From assembly GCA_049598495.1 (NCBI GenBank), contig JBMYNR010000002.1:53740-117739 (forward strand): a DNA stretch of 64,000 bases, read 5' to 3'. Position numbers and translations under genes: made by a program. This DNA comes from Opitutales bacterium. Its GTDB lineage: Bacteria > Verrucomicrobiota > Verrucomicrobiia > Opitutales > Coraliomargaritaceae. The notes below the pieces were generated by a model that saw nothing but the letters and a program-made list of their open reading frames with translations, was not told the DNA's origin and searched no databases. Positions 56,021 to 64,000 of this stretch are shown piece by piece (within the stretch, counting starts at the first letter, position 1; the number at the start of each line of letters is the position of its first letter).

Positions 56021-57526
56021 ATGTCAGAAGCAAGTTCCGAAATCGGCCTCATCGGCCTCGCAGTCATGGGCCAGAACCTGGCTCTCAACATCGCCGACCA
56101 CGGCTTCCAAATCTCGGTTTACAACCGCACGACTTCCAAAATGGAAGCCTTTGTTGCTGCCAACCCGGATACGCCGGGAGGGCTCATTGGACAGGCCGAG
56201 TTGAAGGACTTTGTCGCGTCGCTGAAGCGTCCGCGGAAGATCATCATTCTTGTTCAGGCCGGAGGTCCCACCGACAAGGTAATCGAGGGCCTTATCCCCC
56301 TTCTTGAGGAGGGTGACATTATCATCGATGGCGGTAATGCGAAATGGGACGACACCATTCGCCGCGAACGGGAGCTCACCGCCAAAGGGCTCCGCTTCAT
56401 TGGTTCGGGTGTTTCCGGTGGTGAAGAGGGCGCACGTTTTGGTCCCTCCCTCATGCCGGGTGGCACGGAAGAGGCTTGGGAATATCTCAAACCTGTCTGG
56501 GAGGCCATCGCTGCCAAGGTGGATCCCGATACCGGCAAACCATTGGAAGGCGCTGAACCCGGCAAACCCGTCGAAGGTGGCTTCAGCTGCACTGCCTACA
56601 TCGGCCCCGACGGTGCCGGCCACTACGTAAAGATGGTGCACAATGGGATTGAGTATGGCGATATGCAGATGATCTGCGAGGCCTACGATCTCATGCAAAA
56701 TGTGCTCGGCCTAAGCCCTTCCGAGATGGGCGATATTTTTGCCGAATGGAACAAGGGTGAGCTCGATTCCTTCCTCGTTGAGATCACCGCCGATATCCTC
56801 AAGCAGGACGACCCCGCCACCGGCAAACCCTTCGTCGACATCGTTCTCGATACCGCCGGTCAGAAGGGCACGGGTAAGTGGACCTCGGTCAACGCCCTCG
56901 ATATGGGCACACCCGCCCCAACCGTCGCTGAGGCCGTCTTCGCTCGTTGCCTCTCAGCAGTCAAGGAAGAGCGTGTAGCGGCTGAGAAGATTCTCAAAGG
57001 TCCCAAAGTGGCACCATTCACGGGCGACAAAACGGAAATGGTGGAAGCAGTCCGTCAGGCACTCTACGCCTCCAAGATCTGCTCCTACGCACAGGGCTTC
57101 CAGCTCATGGCCTACGCACAGGAAGAATACAACTGGAAGCTCAACTTTGGTGAGATCGCTCAGATCTTCCGTGGTGGGTGTATCATTCGCGCGGCTTTTC
57201 TTCAAAAGATCACCGAAGCCTACGAGCGCGATCCGAACCTCGCTAATCTGCTTCTCGATCCATACTTCAGCGAGGCCATCCACACCGCACAAGCCAGCTG
57301 GCGAAAGGTGGTGGCTCTGGCGGCCGAGCACGGTGTATCGATCCCGACCTTCAGCTCCGCGCTGTCCTACTATGATGGCTACCGTAGCTCACGTCTCCCA
57401 CAGAACCTACTGCAGGCCCAGCGTGACTACTTCGGCGCCCACACCTACGAGCGCACCGACCAACCACGCGGACAGTTCTACCACATCGACTGGCCAAAAC
57501 CGGATCGCCCACAGTTGGAAATGTAG
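56021..57526 (+). CDS. gnd: 6-phosphogluconate dehydrogenase, decarboxylating
   Basis: [35 protein letters not shown]. Confidence 0.97.
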   Translation: MSEASSEIGLIGLAVMGQNLALNIADHGFQISVYNRTTSKMEAFVAANPDTPGGLIGQAELKDFVASLKRPRKIIILVQAGGPTDKVIEGLIPLLEEGDIIIDGGNAKWDDTIRRERELTAKGLRFIGSGVSGGEEGARFGPSLMPGGTEEAWEYLKPVWEAIAAKVDPDTGKPLEGAEPGKPVEGGFSCTAYIGPDGAGHYVKMVHNGIEYGDMQMICEAYDLMQNVLGLSPSEMGDIFAEWNKGELDSFLVEITADILKQDDPATGKPFVDIVLDTAGQKGTGKWTSVNALDMGTPAPTVAEAVFARCLSAVKEERVAAEKILKGPKVAPFTGDKTEMVEAVRQALYASKICSYAQGFQLMAYAQEEYNWKLNFGEIAQIFRGGCIIRAAFLQKITEAYERDPNLANLLLDPYFSEAIHTAQASWRKVVALAAEHGVSIPTFSSALSYYDGYRSSRLPQNLLQAQRDYFGAHTYERTDQPRGQFYHIDWPKPDRPQLEM

Positions 57527-57555
57527 TGGCTCTAGCCATCCACGGATTCTATATC

Positions 57556-57584
57556 AAAGCCTCTCGGCAACGGGGGGCTTTTTT
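57556..57584 (+). terminator. Intrinsic terminator after gnd
   Basis: AAAGCCTCTCG-GCAA-CGGGGGGC followed by a T run. Confidence 0.8.
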
Positions 57585-57626
57585 GTGCCCTCCTAGCTAT
57601 GCGCCCATGCTCCTCAGCGGATGAGT

Positions 57627-58517
57627 TTAGACCATCGCCTTACCCAGATAGGCCAGTAGCCACATTTCCTTCCAGAGGCGGTAGCATCCGTCGGAAGTGA
57701 TCTTTCCCTCTTCTTCCTGATGTGCACGGGGAACGAGAAATCCGGTGTCTGTATTGAGCCGCTCTAGAAGACGTTGCTCTTCGTTGAGTTCTTCGAAGGC
57801 ATCCTCCTCGAAAGGTGTCGGCTCGATTTGAGAATTGAGAAGGCGTTTTCGGTGAAGTAAGATAAGTCGTTTAAGGGAACCAATCAGTGGCTTGCGGCAC
57901 ATGTTCCAACTCTCCGGATAGTAGCCGCCGTAGGGTAGAAAGAAATTGTCGGTCATCACCCGATCGCCACTCTTCGCTACCGTGCTGACCGTGTAGCAAG
58001 CTGTCGCGCCACCTTTTCGTTTGGGTAAAAAGAGTATTTGGACACGGGTCAGCTGGTCCTGACTTTCGTAAATGGACGCTCGGAGATAGGTGCCTTCAAA
58101 AAGCTCCGCCTTGAGTGCTGTAAGACGCTGATATCGCTCACCACGTAACCAATCCTTCAACTCGATAAAGCGTTTATCAGCCGGCCACTCATCTCCGTCC
58201 TTATTCAGGTAAAACTCGGGAAAAAGTGGGAGCTCGCTGCGACTAAGAGCCTTGATTGCAATCCAGTTGTATCCGGTCTCGATCACAAACCAGAGAGCGA
58301 ATCCGGTCACAAAATGCACCCAGTCGGGACGGAAGGAGAGTTCGAAGAAACGAAGAAAATAGGCGAACAAAGCAGCGAAGAGGAACCAGCGCAACCAACG
58401 GCCAAGTAGGAGAAAACTGGGTATCCCGAGACGCCCCCCAAAAAAAGGAAGGAGCACTGTGACCAGAGCAACCGCTAGAAACTGCCATTGATAAATGCTG
58501 TGGGAATCGGGAGTCAT
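57627..58517 (-). CDS. Hypothetical membrane protein
   Basis: About three N-terminal TM helices plus a soluble domain. Confidence 0.7.
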   Translation of the reverse strand: MTPDSHSIYQWQFLAVALVTVLLPFFGGRLGIPSFLLLGRWLRWFLFAALFAYFLRFFELSFRPDWVHFVTGFALWFVIETGYNWIAIKALSRSELPLFPEFYLNKDGDEWPADKRFIELKDWLRGERYQRLTALKAELFEGTYLRASIYESQDQLTRVQILFLPKRKGGATACYTVSTVAKSGDRVMTDNFFLPYGGYYPESWNMCRKPLIGSLKRLILLHRKRLLNSQIEPTPFEEDAFEELNEEQRLLERLNTDTGFLVPRAHQEEEGKITSDGCYRLWKEMWLLAYLGKAMV

Positions 58518-58530
58518 TGGCTTTAAAACG

Positions 58531-58555
58531 AAAAGGGCGGTCACGCGACCGCCCT
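58531..58555 (-). terminator. Intrinsic terminator after dnaN
   Basis: Minus strand AGGGCGGTCGCGTGACCGCCCTTTT. Confidence 0.75.
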
Positions 58556-58584
58556 CAGAAAAATGGATGTAAGGTCGCCTGTAT

Positions 58585-59712
<1,128 letters not shown>

Positions 59713-59964
59713 GGTCGTGAATTTGTCGCTTTTTTAGACTTACTGGCAATGCTTATATAAGAGTTACCTTTATATATTTAAATCTCTCAGTAACAGTAAG
59801 TATGGTGAGTAGATAGAAAAACTCATCAAGTGCTTGTCCGCAAGATATTTGCATTGAATTTTCGCTGTGGAAAACGGCGCGAAGAAATTTATAATCATGT
59901 GAAAGGTGTGAAAAAATTTTTTCCAGTTCACAGTCTGTCCCCACTTATTCGCAGCTTATTCACT
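59713..59964. other. oriC: Probable replication origin oriC
   Basis: AT-rich tract 59753-59790, trio-like repeats, clustered degenerate DnaA boxes (59834, 59866, 59907, 59945, 59956), directly upstream of dnaN. Confidence 0.7.
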
Positions 59965-60834
59965 TAGCCTTGAGGGTGTGCTTTTTAAACGCTTCCGCGC
60001 TCTGTAAATGCGGTAAAAATGACGGATCGGGCCGTAGGCGATATAAACGAAGAAGATAATCGCGAAAAAGAACTCCTTAAAGAAGAAGGCAGTGCCCAAG
60101 CCAAGGATCATGAAAATGAAGGTTCGGAATCGAGTCTGCGTCTGCCAGTCAAGATCCTTAAAGCTAGGGTAGGGGATATTACTGACCATCAGGAATGCGA
60201 TGGCTAACATAAAGGGCGGAATAACCAACGCTAGGCTTCTTGAATCGAAGGTAGGTGTCTCTAGGCTGGTAATGACCAGGACGAGCGATGCAATCATGCC
60301 TGCCGCGGCTGGAACAGGTAATCCGAGAAAGTCCTTCGTTCCTTTCAGTTGCTCAGCAGGTGGAAGCATCGGATGAGTCAGAACATTGAAACGAGAGAGC
60401 CGGACGCCCGCACACAGCAGATAAACAAACCCAATCAGCCAACTGATCTGAAGGAAGATGGGATATTTCTCAATCGTCGGTGTGAGCACCAGAAAGATCA
60501 TCATCAAGGCCGGCGCCACGCCGAACGAGATGATGTCGGCGATCGAGTCGAACTCCTTCCCGAAAAGGGACTCTCTCCCCCCGAGTCGGGCCACGCGGCC
60601 ATCCAAAGCGTCACAAATCACACCGAAGAGAATAAACCAGACTGCGTGCGTGTAATTCTGAGCGACAATTGTAGGATCGGTTTCGTAGTTTGCTTGAATA
60701 CATTTGAGGATAGCAAGAAAACCGAAGAACAAGTTGCCCGCCGTCAGACTGTTGGGAAGCAGGTAGATATGGCTGGCTTCACCCGCATCGGTATATTGGT
60801 GCCGCTGCGTTTCGGTTTTTTCAGGATTGGACAT
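59956..60834 (-). CDS. pssA: CDP-diacylglycerol--serine O-phosphatidyltransferase
   Basis: LPNSLT, DALDGRVAR, GKEFDSIADIISFGVAPA. Confidence 0.9.
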   Translation of the reverse strand: MSNPEKTETQRHQYTDAGEASHIYLLPNSLTAGNLFFGFLAILKCIQANYETDPTIVAQNYTHAVWFILFGVICDALDGRVARLGGRESLFGKEFDSIADIISFGVAPALMMIFLVLTPTIEKYPIFLQISWLIGFVYLLCAGVRLSRFNVLTHPMLPPAEQLKGTKDFLGLPVPAAAGMIASLVLVITSLETPTFDSRSLALVIPPFMLAIAFLMVSNIPYPSFKDLDWQTQTRFRTFIFMILGLGTAFFFKEFFFAIIFFVYIAYGPIRHFYRIYRARKRLKSTPSRLSE

Positions 60835-60845
60835 ATGTGCTCGAC

Positions 60846-61214
60846 CTAGTCTTCCCGATCACCCTTGTGGCGCAGAGATTCAAGATACTTCCAAAAGGAG
60901 TCGTCCTGCTCGATCATGAATTCCTCCGTGAAGGGCAGTTTAAAACGAAAAACAAAGTCAGAGAGCGTGTTTTTGTGTAAAATATAATGGGCGAACAAGG
61001 CATCGCCCTGCTGTTCAAAATAGATGCGAAATTCGCCTGCTCGAACGCGGTAATAAGTTGTCCCGTTCCGGTGAAAACGCCCGAGTTCCTCGTTGGGATT
61101 GTCCAGTTGCTCTTGTTTGAGTGTGCTGACGACCTCGACGAGCAGCATCTGTGAGCGGGTGTCGAGCTGGTTGAGCTCGTGCATGCTTTGTTCACTGAAG
61201 TTGACTTGAAACAT
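60846..61214 (-). CDS. RelE/ParE-like protein without adjacent antitoxin
   Basis: FQVNFSEQS..EL and YYRVRAGEFRIYF pattern. Confidence 0.65.
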   Translation of the reverse strand: MFQVNFSEQSMHELNQLDTRSQMLLVEVVSTLKQEQLDNPNEELGRFHRNGTTYYRVRAGEFRIYFEQQGDALFAHYILHKNTLSDFVFRFKLPFTEEFMIEQDDSFWKYLESLRHKGDRED

Positions 61215-61355
61215 GTGAAAAAGAGTCCGGGTTCTGGGTGAATTTTGGCGCTAAACTATGGGAGAGCCCCGTGTGTGCAATCGCAGAATCTACCTGTATT
61301 GAGCGTTCGTGCATACGGATTGACCCGACCCATTAATTGGGCAACCTGCCTACTC

Positions 61356-61766
61356 ATGGTCCAAATGACAGTCAACTACGAGGGCTCGCTGCGTTGCAAG
61401 GTTATCCACGGGCCTTCCGGAGGAACCCTGCACACCGATGCTCCTATTGATAACAACGGAAAAGGTGAGGCGGCTTCTCCGACCGATCTCTGTGCGGCCG
61501 CACTTGGTTCCTGTATCGCTACAATTGTTGGGATGCGAATGGAGAGGGAAGGAGTCGATTTAGCCGGGATGCGTATCGAGGTGAACAAGGAGATGTCGCC
61601 AGACCTCCCGCGTCGAATCACCCGATTGAGTACGAATGTTTGGATCCCCCGTCAACTGGATGAGAAACAGAAGCGGTCTGTTGAAGTTGCCGCCAGGGGA
61701 TGTCCGGTGCACCACAGTTTGAGTCCGGAGATCGACAAACCGATCGTTTTCCACTGGCAGCCATGA
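61356..61766 (+). CDS. OsmC/Ohr family protein
   Basis: SPTDLCAAALGSC, CPVHHSL; start MVQM at 61356. Confidence 0.88.
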   Translation: MVQMTVNYEGSLRCKVIHGPSGGTLHTDAPIDNNGKGEAASPTDLCAAALGSCIATIVGMRMEREGVDLAGMRIEVNKEMSPDLPRRITRLSTNVWIPRQLDEKQKRSVEVAARGCPVHHSLSPEIDKPIVFHWQP

Positions 61767-63430
61767 CCGATACTGTCCAAATCTGTTTCAACCCCAATAA
61801 TCACCTGCTGGTGACAAAAAACGAGGGGAGCTATGCGTTACCGGATGTATCTTCCCAAGATCTCGAGTGGTTTCATCTTGCGGATTTGGAGACGGAGCTC
61901 GGCCCGTGCCCGATCGAAGTGGCCGAGATCGAGGGTCCGGTGCCCGAAGACAGTTGCTTTGAAACGATCTTTAACCTTCGTCAACAGCCACTCTCCCCGC
62001 ACCTGGGAAAGGTTCTCAAGGCAATTGATGAACACTTGTATCGGATCCCCTATTTAGGGATGGGTGAGAATGAGTATATCTACCGCTTTCGGACGACCAA
62101 GGAGAGAAACCGGGAGGTTTATATCGATGGGCAATCGGAAGGTCTTTACCAGAGCGCGCTTTGCCAGGTGATTAAAGAGGTCCGGCGGACCAAGGAAAAG
62201 TCATCAGGTGAACCCGCCATTCTCGACTTTGGAGCCGTTAGTTACGTCATCCCCAGTCATTTCGGTTTTTGCCTTGGTGTGCAGAATGCAATCGAGCGTG
62301 CCTACGAAACCGTCTCCATGAATCCAGGCAAAAGAGTTTTCATGTTGAGTGAGTTGATCCACAACCCTTTCGTGAACGAAGATCTTCTCGGGCGTGGTCT
62401 CCGCTACCTACAAACAGATAAGGGGCTACCCCTACGGGCGGATGGATCCCTCGCCACAGATAAGGACGATCCGGAGGCTCTCTGGAATCAAATCACTCAG
62501 GATGATATTGTTATCATACCGGCTTTCGGAGCGACGAACGAAGATAAGGCACGGCTTGTTCGGCGGGGCTTATCCATCCGGAAACACGACGCGACCTGTA
62601 TGTTGGTGGAGAAGGTTTGGAAGGCTGCACGGCGTTATGCTGAAGAAGGCTACACAATCCTAATCCACGGAAAATCCGAACACGAAGAAACAAAGGCAAC
62701 CTTCTCGAACAGCTCCAGCCATGGCCCCGCTTTGATGATTCGTAATATGGAGCACGCCCGCTTGCTGGCTGCAGTAATCTCCGCTCAGGGTGAGGAAAAG
62801 GCGGGACTCTTCGAGTCTTCCTTTGCCGGACTATATTCGGACGATTTTGATCCCATTCGGGATCTGGAGCGTATTGCAGTGGTGAACCAAACGACTTTGT
62901 TACGCAATGAGACACTCCAGATTATCGACTATTTGCGTGGTGTTATTGCGAAGAAATATGGTGAGGATAAAGTAGCGGAACATCTATGGTCGAAGGGGAA
63001 GGGGGACACGCTTTGTTATGCAACTCAGGTCAATCAGGATGCACTTCAAAAGGCTGTCGAGCAGTCAATTGATGTCGCCCTGGTCGTCGGTGGGAAGAAC
63101 AGTTCCAATACCTTTCAACTTTACCGGGTCTGCGAAGAGCGTTTTGGCGATAAGGCTCACTACATTCAATCAGAGAACAATCTCCTCTCGCTTGATCGGG
63201 TCCGGCACTATATCTTCCCTTATAACCTAAACCCGGCTTCGAATCGTGTAGAGGAGGAGCGGGCCCTAATCTCTGATCCGGGTTCTAAGCCACGTATTCT
63301 ACTGACTGGTGGAGCCTCCTGCCCGGACGGGATCATTCAACAGGTGATTCATCGAATAAACGGATTTTTCCCACCGGAAGCGATTCGTCCCGTCGAAGAA
63401 ATTCTGAGAGCTTTTCAGGCGGGGGGTTGA
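61763..63430 (+). CDS. ispH: HMBPP reductase IspH with N-terminal extension
   Basis: FGFCLGV, ELIHN, DATC, HEET, NQTT, DTLCYAT, SSNT, GGASCPD. Confidence 0.92.
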   Translation: MTDTVQICFNPNNHLLVTKNEGSYALPDVSSQDLEWFHLADLETELGPCPIEVAEIEGPVPEDSCFETIFNLRQQPLSPHLGKVLKAIDEHLYRIPYLGMGENEYIYRFRTTKERNREVYIDGQSEGLYQSALCQVIKEVRRTKEKSSGEPAILDFGAVSYVIPSHFGFCLGVQNAIERAYETVSMNPGKRVFMLSELIHNPFVNEDLLGRGLRYLQTDKGLPLRADGSLATDKDDPEALWNQITQDDIVIIPAFGATNEDKARLVRRGLSIRKHDATCMLVEKVWKAARRYAEEGYTILIHGKSEHEETKATFSNSSSHGPALMIRNMEHARLLAAVISAQGEEKAGLFESSFAGLYSDDFDPIRDLERIAVVNQTTLLRNETLQIIDYLRGVIAKKYGEDKVAEHLWSKGKGDTLCYATQVNQDALQKAVEQSIDVALVVGGKNSSNTFQLYRVCEERFGDKAHYIQSENNLLSLDRVRHYIFPYNLNPASNRVEEERALISDPGSKPRILLTGGASCPDGIIQQVIHRINGFFPPEAIRPVEEILRAFQAGG

Positions 63431-63460
63431 AGATTCTCCTGATCCAGTTAGGTTTTCTAC

Positions 63461-63826
63461 GTGCTTATTGGACTCACAGACCTTGATGGCAGCGCGTCTC
63501 CGGGCATGTATTTCGAACTGGGGACCGTCATCAACCACCAACTCTACGGCTACCGCGGGGTCGTCGTAGCGGTGGATCCTTGCTGTATGGCAGGAGAGAC
63601 CTGGTATCAATCGAACAAGACCCAACCGGCACGCGAGCAACCCTGGTATCATATTCTGGTCCATGACAGTGGGGGTCTCAGCACCTATGCAGCGCAATCG
63701 AACCTCAAGGAAGATGCCACGGGTCAACCAGTGGAGCACCCGCGTCTGAGCACCTACTTTTCCGAGTTCAAAGACGGCCGCTACCAGCTCAAGGAAAAGG
63801 GTCATCATCAAAGTAAGGGTAAATAA
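63461..63826 (+). CDS. hspQ: HspQ (YccV-like) protein
   Basis: GYRGVVVAVDP, QPWYHILV, TYAAQSNL; start may be 63506. Confidence 0.85.
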   Translation: MLIGLTDLDGSASPGMYFELGTVINHQLYGYRGVVVAVDPCCMAGETWYQSNKTQPAREQPWYHILVHDSGGLSTYAAQSNLKEDATGQPVEHPRLSTYFSEFKDGRYQLKEKGHHQSKGK

Positions 63827-63945
63827 TATGCAGTGAAGCGGAGAAGGCTGTAGAGCTTAGCTTTTGCTACTAAATTGCGAAAGGTCTGTCTCCATAGAGA
63901 CGGGTAGGGTTGCTGCCGGACGCCCTAAAGGGCGCACCCCAACGC
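63799..63945 (+). mobile_element. Family B MITE left end, interrupted
   Basis: GGGTCATCATCAAAGTAAGGG...GCTGCCGGACGCCCTAAAGGGCGCAC, colinear with 29456-29603. Confidence 0.7.
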
Positions 63946-64000
63946 TTAGCCCGAATATTGCACCAGTTTGTTGCTGTCGTTCTTTATCTTGTTACGGGAT
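63946..64000 (-). mobile_element. Family A MITE end (runs off window)
   Basis: 54/55 identical to the reverse complement of 7766-7820. Confidence 0.8.

Overview
Origin-proximal chromosomal segment of a bacterium whose gene repertoire suggests Verrucomicrobia (Opitutae/Coraliomargarita-like; inference, not database-checked). It is mostly housekeeping genes: ftsK (partial), slyD, glnD, tyrA-aroA-cmk-plsC-purM, panB-gpsA, nusA-infB-rbfA-DHH-truB-ribF-rluD, queCD, phoBR-like pair, mnmE-mnmG, rapA, prfA-prmC, accD-folC, gnd, dnaN, pssA, ispH and hspQ. A probable oriC lies between dnaN and pssA (~59.7-59.97 kb). Main observations: (1) two perfect parS palindromes (TGTTCCACGTGGAACA) are translated in frame inside mnmG; (2) three GxxExxY nuclease-like gene copies (intact, frameshifted, truncated) sit just upstream of housekeeping genes, two bracketed by inverted ends built of ~10-nt tandem units, and gene-less relatives of those ends occur elsewhere, suggesting a hairpin-ended mobile element family; (3) two MITE-like families, one nested in the other at the window end, one supplying the C-terminus of HspQ; (4) a candidate riboswitch-like structure before queC; (5) a PIN toxin interrupted by TAG, an intact AbrB/Fic pair and an orphan RelE-like gene. 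No rRNA, tRNA or CRISPR array was recognised. All calls come from reading motifs by eye; no searches were run.
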